From: Macrostomum lignano | Taxonomy: Eukaryota | Reading direction: 5' to 3' | DNA: 64,000 nt | Assembly: GCA_002269645.1 (NCBI GenBank) | Contig: NIVC01001183.1 | Location: 200,223-264,222, forward strand | Shown: piece by piece, positions 30,870-42,440 of the stretch | Layout: each line of letters begins with the position of its first letter | How positions within the stretch are numbered: position 1 is the stretch's first letter | The notes under the pieces: generated by a model | Database searches by the model: none | Seen by the model: the letters and a program-made list of their open reading frames with translations, nothing else | What the model was told of the DNA's origin: nothing | Program-made: the position numbers and the translations under genes

Positions 30870-33800
30870 GCAGCTCCGACTTGAGTTCAGACAGCGGTGT
30901 TCAGCCAGCAGCTTTGCTCAGCAGTACAGCTGCTGTTGCATTGCAACTTTCTGCTTCTAATATTAATCAGCGCAATTTAAATTTGCAGCAGCAACAGCAG
31001 CAGCAGCAACAGCAGCAGCAATCACCGACCATTCTAGTTTTAACTAATCAGCATTCATCCTCTTCAGTTACTAACGGAGCTGCAGCTGTAGGACAGGCCT
31101 TGACAACAGTTGCTATGACAACAGTTGCTATGACAACTGAGGCTACTGTTGAGACTACTAGTTTGAACTCTGGCCCAGTCAATCAGATTGCTTCTCAAGA
31201 GTCTGCAACTGGAATTGGCGAATTTCAACAAATGGTTGTGGATGATGCGGCAGATTCGGCCACTGTTGCTATGCCGTTGCCAGGCGAATCGGCATCAGCT
31301 GATACTGGGGAGGCTTCTGCTGACTCAGCAGCCTGCGCGGCCGCATCTTCACAGTCTTCGGCGCACAAAAAGAAAAGGTAAGCAGGCAGTGATGGATAGT
31401 TCCTCACGTGTTGTCGCTAGTGACTCCAGACCAACCCTTTAAAAACTTTACCGTGACAAAAATCGCTGAAGAGTCAAGAGAAAAATCGCGAGTTTTTGAA
31501 TCGTAGCTCAAGAGTCGTTGTGTAAGCGCTTAACTTTCTATTGAGCGCAATATAGTTGTTATAAATTCGAAATGCGATTCTACTTCATACAGTGACGCGG
31601 TCACTTATTTTCTGCTTTTTTATGTGTTACCCGAAACGACTCTAAGGCAATGCAAGTGACTATGGGACGCTTCTTGACCTAGGTACCGTTTTCAACTGTG
31701 CAACAATATCTGTTTAACTCGCACAACTTTTTTCATACATTGCAGCCGTCCTCGCAAAGTAGTCACAGCTCCTGAACAGACTGGTCAGGTACAGGATAGT
31801 CGGGTAAGTTAGACTCAGATCTGTTGTCCAATAAATTCCACTTATTGATTATAGAATTATTTGTCATTATTATTGTTATTATTCAGAAGCTGATCGACAG
31901 AATCCTGATGTCGCCCGACAAATTCGCCGACTCGTGGGAGCGCGCTGTCAGCAGTAAAAAGCTGGATACGGACACTGAGAAGCTTAGGCAGTTTCTGGAT
32001 AGCGTAAGTCTTGCACACATCGTCAGGTTTAAACTAGCAGCTTCCTGGGTCTTCAGGTCTAAGCTAGCAGCTTCCTGAGTCTCCAGGTATAAGCTAGCAG
32101 CTTCCTAAGTCTTCAGGTATAAGCTAGCAGCTTCCTGAGTCTTCAGGTATAAGCTAGCAGCTTCCTGAGTCTTCCGGTATAAGCTAGCAGCTTCCTGAGT
32201 CTTCCGGTATAAGCTAGCAGCTTCCTGAGTCTTCAGGTATAAGCTAGCAGCTTCCTGAGTCTTCAGGTATAAGCTAGCAGCTTCCTGAGTCTTCCGGTAT
32301 AAGCTAGCAGCTTCCTGAGTCTTCCGGTATAAGCTAGCAGCTTCCTGAGTCTTCAGGTATAAGCTAGCAGCTTCCTGAGTCTTCAGGTATAAGCTAGCAG
32401 CTTCCTGAGTCTTCAGGTATAAGCTAGCAGCTTCCTGAGTCTTCAGGTATAAGCTAGCAGCTTCCTGAGTCTTCCGGTATAAGCTAGCAGCTTCCTGAGT
32501 CTTCAGGTATAAGCTAGCAGCTTCCTGAGTCTTCCGGTATAAGCTAGAAGCTTCCTAAATATTCAGGTCTAAGCTAGCAGCTTCCTAAATATTCAGGTCT
32601 AAGCTAGCAGCTTCCTAAATATTCAGGTCTAAGCTAGCAGCTTCCTAAATATTCAGGTCTAAGCTAGCAGCTTCCTAAATATTCAGGTCTAAGCTAGCAG
32701 CTTCCTAAATATTCAGGTCTAAGCTAGCAGCTTCCTAAATATTCAGGTCTAAGCTAGCAGCTCCCTGACCTGCCTTATCCAGAAGCTTCGCAGATATACG
32801 CAGCCAAATCTTACCCTACAAATGTGTTTGAGAATTAAAATTGCTAAATATATAAAGGCCAATACATTAATAACAAGAATTACTCCGCCGCTTCTCAGGA
32901 ACAGAACGAGCAGCGAGACGAACTGGCCGACATATTTCTGACCGCCTTCTTGACAGACGAAGACAACAACACGCTTCTTGGCGTGGATTTGTCAAATCCG
33001 ATCCAACCAGCTGGGGGCCGGACGCTGGCAGGCTTGAACAGCGCAATCAGTCGCTGGCCGACAGTGGCGCTGATGAGGCGAATGTAGTGTGCGACTCCGA
33101 GCACATTGAATCAATATTCGCCGAGATGACCAGTCCGTTTCTGACGCCCAATAAATTTCCGCTGGCAAACGCCTCCAGTTCGCCACCAAAATCTGTGCCA
33201 GTCATTTCCATTGGCGGCAGCAAAGCTGACAGTTGCGTTGTGAGTAGCACGCAGGTTACTGTGCCCTGCTGGCAGTCCGCTCCTCTGGCGCAGATGCTAA
33301 CCAGTCCTATTGCTCTATCTACTGAATGTACCACTGTGTCTGCCAGTTCCACTACTCTGTCTACTGGTTCTACCGGCGTATCTGCTGCTTCCCCTGCCGT
33401 ATCTACCAGTTCTACTGCGGTATCAAACCCTTCCACTGTTCAGTCTGCCGGGTCTACTAAGTCTGCTATCAAGTCTATCAGATTTGCTGTGGCACCTACC
33501 GATTCTAAAGTCCTATCTGTTGGTTCTACCGCCGTATCTGTTGGTTCTACCGCCGTATCTGCTGGTTCTACCGCCGTATCTGCTGGTTCTACCGCCGTAT
33601 CTGTTGGTTCTACCGCCGTATCTGCTGGTTCTACCGCCGTATCTGCTGGTTCTACCGCCGTATCTGTTGGTTCTACCGCCGTATCTGCTGGTTCTACCGC
33701 CGTGTCTGCTGGTTCTACCGCCGTGTCTGCTGGTTCTACCGCCGTATCTGCTGGTTCTACCGCCGTGTCTGCTGGTTCTACCGCCGTATCTGCTGGTTCT

Positions 33801-35361
33801 ACCGCCGTGTCTGCTGGTTCTACCGCAGTATCTACTGGTTCTACCGCAAGATCTGCTGGTTCTACCGCCGTATCTACTGGTTCTACGGTCGTACCTGCCG
33901 ATTTTACCGCCGTATCTGCTGGTTCTATCGCTAACTCAACTGTTTTCTTTGCTGTTGATTCTCAGTTCGCTGTGGCAGAAAATGTGATCGTAAGTTTGTA
34001 AATTTCTTCAGTGTGAGGGGAGGCGGTAGGCAGCCTAGCTGGCCCTGTCAGTGTGAGTAGGCGGTAGGCAGCCTAGCTAGCCCTGTCAGTTTGGGGTGGG
34101 GGAGGCGGTAGGCAGCCTAGCTGGCCCTGTCAGTTTGGGGGGGAGGCGGTAGGCAGCCTAGCTGGCCCTGTCAGTTTGGGGGGAGGCGGTAGGCAGCCTA
34201 GCTGGCCCTGTCAGTTTGGGGGGAGGCGGTAGGCAGCCTAGCTGGCCCTGTCAGTGTGGGGGGGGAGGCGGTAGGCAGCCTAGCTGGCCCTGTCAGTTTG
34301 GGGAGGCGGTAGGCAGCCTAGCTGGCCCTGTCAGTGTGGGGGGGGGAGGCGGTAGGCAGCCTAGCTGGCCCTGTCAGTGTGGGGGGGGGGAGGCGGTAGG
34401 CAGCCTAGCTGGCCCTGTCAGTGTGGGGGGGGAGGCGGTAGGCAGCCTAGCTGGCCCTGTCAGTGTGGGGGGGGAGGCGGTAGGCAGCCTAGCTGGCCCT
34501 GTCAGTTTGGGGGGGGCGGTAGGCAGCCTAGCTGGCCCTGTCAGTTTGGGGGGGGGGAGGCGGTAGGCAGCCTAGCTGGCCCTGTCAGTGTGGGGAGCCG
34601 GTAAAATCAGCAAAATTAATTCGCTGGCCACAATAAAAAGAAAGATATTGAACGAGTTCAGCCTATTGGAAAGTGCATCGCTAACAACACTCCAGGTGGT
34701 GCAGCAGCCGCAGTCCGCAGCCGGGCCAGCAAGCACTGGCTACAATCCGGTTGCTAACTGCGACTTAGACGAGAGTTTCAGCACCCTGGACAGCCTAATA
34801 GGCCTCACAGCGGAGGCCACGGTAACCGGCTCGGCTCCTCCGACTACTGTCTCTGCCACCGATACCTCGGCGCTATCTCCAACTTATTCAAAATCGTCTG
34901 TAGCATCCAGTACGAAATCAGCTCGTCGAGGCCGGCGACGCCCGCCGCCTCCGTCTACTGAGTCGGTCCCAGTTGCTGCAACAATCGCGGCAAATACTCG
35001 GCGCCAGAAGAAAGCCGCTCTGCTGTCTTCGCTTCCGTCGCCGCCTTCGCCTCCGTCGTCGCCGTCTTCATCGCCGCCGCCGTCGCTGATTCATCGGAAA
35101 CGCGTGAAATCAACTTTGAGAACAGGCTTCGTTTGCTCGGTGTGCGGCCAGTCCTACAATGCTAGGAATCGGCTAGACAGGCACATGAATCTTCACGAGC
35201 AGATCAGCGCTATGGCCAGCCAGTCCGCCTCTGCCGCCGCCGCCACCGACGCCGCCTCGTGCACCAGCAAAGCACCAACTAAGAGACTTTATAAACGGTT
35301 GCGAACCGATCTGAAAGCTATGGACATTAATAGTTTTATGAATAGTCTTTCTTCTCAATGA
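28919..35361 (+). CDS. NPAT: NPAT/Mxc-like histone locus body scaffold protein, 6 exons, ~936 aa (requires +1 nt in exon 5)
   Basis: Exons 28919-28985, 30567-31377, 31746-31803, 31887-32003, 32899-33989, 34696-35361. The N-terminus LLPSDIDRLILG|YL...LLQESPFLYEY...LIDILTEY matches the NPAT LisH-type start (human MLLPSDVARLVLGYL, from memory). The C-terminus KAMDINSFMNSL matches the NPAT tail (MDVDKFLLSL). It has polyQ tracts, CDK consensus sites SPDK, TPNK and SPPK, and one C2H2 finger. Confidence 0.85.
32027..32765. repeat. 30-bp minisatellite (~24 units) in NPAT intron 4
   Basis: Unit AAGCTAGCAGCTTCCTGAGTCTTCAGGTAT; the 3' units switch to ...CCTAAATATTCAGGTCT. Confidence 0.96.
33520..33925 (+). 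repeat. Coding 21-bp minisatellite encoding (GSTAVSA)n, ~18 units, in NPAT exon 5
   Basis: Unit GGTTCTACCGCCGTATCTGCT lies in the open frame that runs to the strong donor ATC|GTAAGT at 33990. Confidence 0.85.
34016..34592. repeat. ~38-44-bp G-run minisatellite (~14 units) in NPAT intron 5
   Basis: Unit GGTAGGCAGCCTAGCTGGCCCTGTCAGT(T/G)TG(n)AGGC with variable G-run length. Confidence 0.95.
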
Positions 35362-35509
35362 TTGATTCAAATTAATTGAAGTTCGCAACCGACTTTAATT
35401 TATTTATTATTTATTCCGCTTGGATACTGAAGCTTCGTGGAATCTTCGCCTTGGTTGACACGTTAGTATCTGCTACTCGTAGAAGCAAGGAGGATTAAAA
35501 GATTGCAAG

Positions 35510-35850
35510 ATCCTTATAATCTAAATCCACCCAGTCCCCAAGTCCCCATAATGCAATATCTTCCAGTCCCCAGATCCCATAATCCAAAATCTCCCAGTCC
35601 CCCGATCCCATAATCCAAAATCTGTCCCCAAATCCCACATAATCCAAAATATCAAAATAAGTCCTCAGATCCCCATAATTCAGTCTCCCAGTTCACAGAT
35701 CCCATAATCCAAAATCCCCAGCCCTCAAATCCCACATAATCCAAAATCTCCCAGTGTCCCAGATCCTCATAATAAAAAATCTCGCAGTTCCAGATTCCCA
35801 TAATAAATCTCCCAGTTCCCAAATCTCGTATTCCCGGATCCTCAAAACGA
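35510..35850. repeat. Degenerate CCCAGTCCCCAGATCCCATAATCCAAAAT-type array
   Basis: Direct reading, downstream of the NPAT stop. Confidence 0.8.
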
Positions 35851-37825
35851 TCCCATACTAACAAATCGCAGTTATTTTCAGAGCCGTGTTGTTCTTTAAT
35901 TCCATAATTTCCCATAATTATTGTCATTGACTTTTGCTTGAAAAGGCTAGTACGCTATTAGATTGGCAACTCTTATTACAGATTCCACAGGTACTCAGTT
36001 CGACTGTACTCCTGCATGCACGTACAGTTCTAGCCACCAAGTGTACATTGTGGTTCTGGCTGAAAATCGAAGACCATTTACGAGTAAATGATTTTTGTAA
36101 ACTATTTCATATTATTGATTTTGCTGTTGCTACAATTGGAAAATGATGTTTTTTTACTGCGCGGTTCGCTGCTCTTCTCGTGTTACTTGCATTCTAGCCC
36201 AGTCTGTTAATCATCACGAATAGTTTTTCACTGTAATATATTGAACTGCCTGTTACCAGGTTTGTGCGTATTTTTTTAAAACAACTACATTTTTCTAAAC
36301 TACCGGGTATTGATTGCTCCGCCTTTTTTCTTTATCCGTAGTGTACGATTTACTTGCAGATGTAAATGTAGGTGTGAATTTATTTTTAGAAACACCGGTC
36401 TGCGGCATATCGCAACTTACTCTGTGCTTATTTCTGTAAGCTACTAACCGCGGCCAAACCTGTGTGGTGTCTACCAATAGAGACAAAAACATAGTACGCC
36501 GCATTTAATTTTGCAAGTAAGAATTTGGAACGCGCTCCACTCAGCACGACCCCGCGCTTATTTGCATCTATGCATAAATAATTATACGATCGACAATTTT
36601 CCGCCCTAAAAGAAATAATATTTGTTTGCAAAGCATTTCCGTAGAAGCTTACTTAAAGTAGAGCAGTAAGAAAACTTCAAAAAACTAAACTTGTTAAATA
36701 GTAAAACGGCTTCAGTAACTTCTCAATTTCTCAACTTCCCAATCATCAATCACTAAGCTTGCAACCCCCCTTGTATGATAAAGCAGTAAATAAAAAAAGT
36801 TAAAATGAAGCAGCGCAATTTAAGTGTCCAAAGCCGAGAGTTCTTGATCGCCCAGTAGTTTTTCTCATCGTTTACCGACCGTTGTAGCTCCCGGCAAAAA
36901 CGGCGGGAGCACAAAGAAGTTTTAGATAACTCGTATTATATTGTTTGGTTGTGGTTAAGCCGCCGCAGGTTTTCAATGCTCGCCAACAAAAACTAACAAA
37001 TAAACAAGAACACACTGCATAACACTTTAGTAAAAATGATTAATAACAGTAAATAATATTACAATAATAGTAAGAACAGCCCTACATCAGGAGAGGCCAA
37101 ATTAAACTGAACGATAAGCTGGCTGGTGTTGGTGCCTGGGCTGGCGGATGTAGGTTAGGAAAAATGCACGGAGCTGCAAAAAAACAAATGTCAGTCGAAC
37201 AGAAGAATGGATTACGCATCCAGAGCCCGGGCGTGTGCTCAGCTATTGAGTTGAAAGGGAGATGAACTCTTAGTCCAGGCTGACGGAACAGTGCAATTTA
37301 GAGGGATTGGTCAAATTCCGTTGTGATTTTACGTATTAATTTAGTTGATAATTTAAATCATGCCACATACTACTACTACTACTACTATTAATTTTTAAAG
37401 TACACGAAGTTCTGCATACTCGTACATATATATTATTGGACTAAACCCGCATATATTTGTTGCCATACGCTAAACCAGTAGACAGACGAAAAGAGAGGGG
37501 TTGGGGCGAAGGAAAATTAGCAACAAAAGCTGACAGAAGAATGAATGAATGAATGCACTGACGACCGATGACTAAAGTGCGAATTCAAGATCATCATACG
37601 TTCACTCATTAAACAATTGTAGAGCGATAATTATTAATGACAAAACAGAGAAACACAAAACATTGGGGCCAGAGGTGGACAGTTATTCATAAAAAATTCA
37701 AATATTATAAATACAGCTTGTTTACAAAACTGTGTTGCAAGCAAGCAATATTCTGCAAGGTTGAAACCGGCCCTAAAATTTTCCGAGCTTATAGAAAAAC
37801 CGGTAGATGCTGAACTGTCGGCTCA

Positions 37826-40344
37826 CTAATAATCAGCTCGGCCGCCTGTAAATGAGAATGGCATAATAATGAGATGGTTGTGGCGGCTTCTCAGCAACTG
37901 CTAAAGCAACAGGGATGGTGCCAACTAAAGCAACAGGGATGGTGCCAACTAATGGAACAGGGGTGGCGCCAACTAATGGAACAGGGATGGTGCCAACTAA
38001 AGCAACAGGGATGGTGCCAACTAATGGAACAGGGGTGGCGCCAACTAATGGAACAGGGATGGTGCCAACTAATGGAACAGGGGTGGCGCCAACTAATGGA
38101 ACAGGGATGGTGCCAACTAATGGTACAGGGATGGTGCCAACTAATGGAACAGGGGTGGCGCCAACTAAAGTAACAGAGGGTGGCGCCAACTAAAGCAACA
38201 GGGATGGTGCCAACTAATGGAACAGGGGTGGCGCCAACTAATGGAACAGGGATGGTGCCAACTAAAGCAACAGGGATGGTGCCAACTAATGGAACAGGGG
38301 TGGCGCCAACTAATGGAACAGGGATGGTGCCAACTAATGGAACAGGGGTGGCGCCAACTAATGGAACAGGGATGGTGCCAACTAATGGTACAGGGATGGT
38401 GCCAACTAATGGAACAGGGGTGGCGCCAACTAAAGTAACAGAGGGTGGCGCCAACTAATGGAACAGGGGTGGCGCCAACTAATGGAACAGGGGTGGCGCC
38501 AACTAATGGAACAGGGATGGTGCCAACTAATGGAACAGGGATGGTGCCAACTAAAGTAACAGGGGTGGCGCCAACTAATGGAACAGGGGTGGCGCCAACT
38601 AATGGAACAGGGATGGTGCCAACTAATGGAACAGGGATGGTGCCAACTAATGGAACAGGGATGGTGCCAACTAATGGAACAGGGATGGTGCCAACTAATG
38701 GAACAGGGGTGGCGCCAACTAATGGAACAGGGATGGTGCCAACTAATGGAACAGGGATGGTGCCAACTAAAGTAACAGGGGTGGCGCCAACTAATGGAAC
38801 AGGGGTGGCGCCAACTAATGGAACAGGGATGGTGCCAACTAAAGTAACAGGGGTGGCGCCAACTAATGGAACAGGGGTGGCGCCAACTAATGGAACAGGG
38901 ATGGTGCCAACTAATGGAACAGGGATGGTGCCAACTAATGGAACAGGGATGGTGCCAACTAATGGAACAGGGATGGTGCCAACTAATGGAACAGGGGTGG
39001 CGCCAACTAATGGAACAGGGATGGTGCCAACTAATGGAACAGGGATGGTGCCAACTAATGGAACAGGGGTGGCGCCAACTAATGGAACAGGGGTGGCGCC
39101 AACTAATAGAACAGGGGTGGCGTCAACTAAAGCAACAGGGGTGGCGTCAACTAAAGCAACAGGGATGGTGCCAACTAAAGTAACAGGGGTGGCGCCAACT
39201 AAAGCAACAGGGGTGGCGCCAACTAATGGAACAGGGGTGGCGTCAACTAAAGCAACAGGGATGGCGCCAACTAAAGCAAAAGGGGTGGCGCCAACTAAAG
39301 CAACAGGGGTGGCGCCAACTAAAGCAAAAGGGGTGGCGCCAATGGCATGTAAAGAAAGCGAAAAGGCACATTAACACGTTTATTTACTTAGTTACCTCGC
39401 CCGCCGCGGTAGCCGCCGCCAGGGAAGCCGCCTCGACCTACTGGGCCGCCGCCGACCGGGCCGCCACCTCGCGCACCACCGTAAGGCTGGAATCGCTGCG
39501 GCCCGCCGCCGTAGCCTCCGCCAGGCTTCGATGGTCCACCGCCGTAGCCCTGGCCGCCGTAGGAGCCGAAACCGTCGCCGTTTTCATAGCCGCCGCCGCC
39601 TCCGTAGCCATCGTAGCCAGCTCCGTTTCCGTAGCCGTCTCCATAGCCGTAGCCGACGCCTCCATAGCCCCCATAACCGCCGCCTCCATAGCCGCCGCCG
39701 TAGCCGCCTCCATACCCGCCACCACCGTAGCCGTAGCCATATCCGCCGGGACCCGGCTGCTGTCTAGATCTAATAATAGCCATCTGTTCGCGGGAGACAG
39801 CCTTTTTACAATCGACTCGTTGACTGCCGCTAATAGCATGCGGCTTGTGCAATATGGCCTTGTCAACGGAGTCCGGATCGCGATAGGTGACGAATCCAAA
39901 TCCGCGCGGCTTGCCAGTATCCCTAGAGATGGCAATTTCAACCGCTTGCACTTCGCCGAATTGGCTGAAATAATCGCGCACCTGCTCCTCGGTGGTGTCC
40001 GGGCCTAAGCCGCCTAGGAACATCTTGTCGGCGCGAGCGTTGCTAGTGTCTCTTGGGGCTTCGGTTCGAGGCATAGCCCGTTTAGTTTCCACCTCTCGGC
40101 CGTCTAGCACGTGCGGCCTGGCAGCTTGAGCAGCGTCAACACCGGACTCATCCGAGAAAGTGACAAAGCCAAAGCCGCGCGGCCGGCCGGTGCCCCGATC
40201 CTTCATTACAACAACATCGGCTAGTTCGCCATATTGTCCAAAATGATGCCGAAGCTCTTCGTCGCTAATATTGGCAGATAGGCCGCCAACAAATAGTTTG
40301 CGCAATTGTGTACCATCACTCTGGTTCATGTCATAGTGTGCCAT
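37826..40344 (-). CDS. hnRNPA/B: hnRNP A/B family RNA-binding protein (2 RRMs + Gly/Tyr-rich tail); exons 40344-39396 and 37845-37826 (322 aa), or an unspliced form ending at 39388 (318 aa)
   Basis: RNP motifs KLFVGGL / RGFGFVTF and KMFLGGL / RGFGFVTY, followed by a GGY-rich C-terminus. Donor GAG|GTAACT at 39395 and acceptor TTCTCATTTACAG| at 37846 add GGRADY*. Family-level call only. Confidence 0.93.
37900..39342. repeat. 24-bp minisatellite (~60 units) filling the last hnRNP intron
   Basis: Unit CCAACTAATGGAACAGGG(ATGGTG/GTGGCG) with a duplicated ~265-bp higher-order block. It explains the PTNGTG and MEQGW ORFs. Confidence 0.97.
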
Positions 40345-41217
40345 AGTTTAGCTGTTTTCTATTTGTTGTGTTCATGAATTATCATTATGTTTTATATTGA
40401 GATACAGAAAGATACATACAGTACTACTTAACACCACTACAGCTATAGTAGTACTTGCATATCTACTATACTTTATAAAAAAGTTTTTTATCTGTGTATC
40501 TAGGTACATGATTGATTGACATCTATCGTGGCTAAGAAATTGCTGAGTGCTAAGAGGATAATTTTTCGAAAACAAGAGCAGAACTTTTTATTTATGAATG
40601 CATTGTGTGCAATTTCAATTGAAATTGAATATCATGATTGTATCATAAGGTAGCGCCCAGTTTATCAGAGTTCAATTGCACAATCAGAGCACAGCATAGC
40701 ACAAGACTACATTGCAACTTAGATTTGATTTAGATCGTGTCACCAATCATAGATTTAACTTTTATGAGACTGGTACTTAATTATACTTAACAAAAGAAGG
40801 AAAAACACACATTGGTAAGTGTATAAAAGAGAACTGAAAGGTATACAACTTTTTATTAAATGTTTCAATAAATTTTCAAAGTCTACAGATGCACACTAAG
40901 CAGTGCACACTTTGTGTACTGAGCCTTTGTGCGTTTTATGACTGACTCTCAATGGTGGGAATGAGGAATAGCCTTTTTTAAGCCCCAGAAAATTTTTCAG
41001 GCTGCATTATTTTATAAAGGACTTGTAAATTACAGCTACAAATTCTTTTTTTAGGTTTTGCAAATTGAGCAATTGAATCAGAAAACTGGTTTTTTGCAGG
41101 CTTTACACTAAATATTTATAAGCACTAAACAACTCCTAGCATAAATATTTGCTAAACAGTGTTTACAAAAGTTTAACTATTGCATAGTTTCAATTCTCTT
41201 GTATTTTATATCTAAAG

Positions 41218-41520
41218 CAGGGGTTGGAAAACTCTACCTTGTAGGCAATATGCAGCCTATAAAGCCTCTTTATCTGGCCCTTAAGTCCTTTGAAACTTTA
41301 CAAAAGCAATCTAATCCACTCAAGGTTTGTGTCTGATCTTAGCTCTCTGCTCGCTATTAAACTCTATTCCTTTTTTCTCTTTTCCTATTATCTTAACTTT
41401 ACCTCACCTTTCTCTTAGCTATTTCTTTTCTTTATTTCTTTTCCTCTCTCCCTTTTTGACCTGCAATTATGTACTACTTTTTATATCTAGCCCATGAGAT
41501 AAAAAGTTTGCCAAACTAGG
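41218..41520. mobile_element. Decayed non-autonomous hAT element (same type as 10306)
   Basis: CAGGGGTTGGAAAAC ... GTTTGCCAAACTAGG with 8-bp TSD ATCTAAAG/ACCTAAAG. Confidence 0.7.
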
Positions 41521-42440
41521 ACCTAAAGTAAATAATCAAATTGAGCAAAGCTATAATAATACAATGAAAAATTCTAGTCAAAAGAACAATGGCATTTGGG
41601 CCATTTTTATTCCAATTAAGTTTTACTGTCACTACTACTAGCAAAGGTGTAGCCAAGGGAGGAACACTAAGGACATGTCCTTCTTAGAGGGGGGAGATAT
41701 TTTTTATTGCCTTCGTACTTTATTTCTAACATTTATTGGAAATTTATTTGTCTTTGTCCTTCTCCAATAGTCTAGATCATACTGGATGCTTGCCTAAACA
41801 AAAATAGAATAGTTACAAATGCACAACAAAACAAATCAAGTGCATACCTATACTCTCACATCTAGGCCAATGTTGCAACAATTAATAACCTTTTTTGCAT
41901 TGCATAAAGGACCTTTTTTGGCTTATATAATTTGGTTGATTATTTATCTTTTTTTGCCTACATTAATAATAAAAGAAAATTAATATAAAAACTATTGTTT
42001 TAAATTAAATTGCCCAATTATAATCCTGAAAACTAGAACATTTAAAATTTACATTAGGAATGAACTTTCTAATCTTTTTTCCATTTAATATGCTTAAAAT
42101 AGACTCTTCTTTGTGATTTTAGAAAGTGCATAACAGGTATGCACACATAATATTTTCTTAGGAATAATGCATACCAACAGTGCATATTTAACTTTTGACT
42201 TGCAAGGCCAATACATTTTTGGGTATATACTATATGATTTAGAGTATGGGTCCTTTTTTCTTGATATAAATATAAGTTTTTCTTGCTTTTTAATTTTTGA
42301 TATTAATAAAACTTTTTATTTTTGACTGATTTTATTTAATTACAGATTTGTAATGACCTTTATCAAGCTTTTGATTTTATTTAAGAATATTTCAATAATA
42401 ACTCAAATCAAATTTATATATCTTTTGCTTACCTTAGTTG

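Noticed and set aside
35868-35886. Histone-type 3' stem-loop after NPAT (TTTTCAGAGCC)
   Set aside because: The 5' arm GGCTC is absent, so no stem can form.
37874-39374. Mucin-like PTNGTG-repeat glycoprotein on the + strand
   Set aside because: There is no signal peptide, the frame is broken twice by a duplicated 1-nt indel, and the array lies antisense within the hnRNP intron.
39226-40008. 260-aa + strand Ala-rich ORF
   Set aside because: It is the antisense shadow of the Gly/Tyr-rich hnRNP exon.
39388-40344. hnRNP as a processed retrogene
   Set aside because: A credible phase-consistent intron exists at the 3' end, and no poly(A) remnant or TSD is visible.
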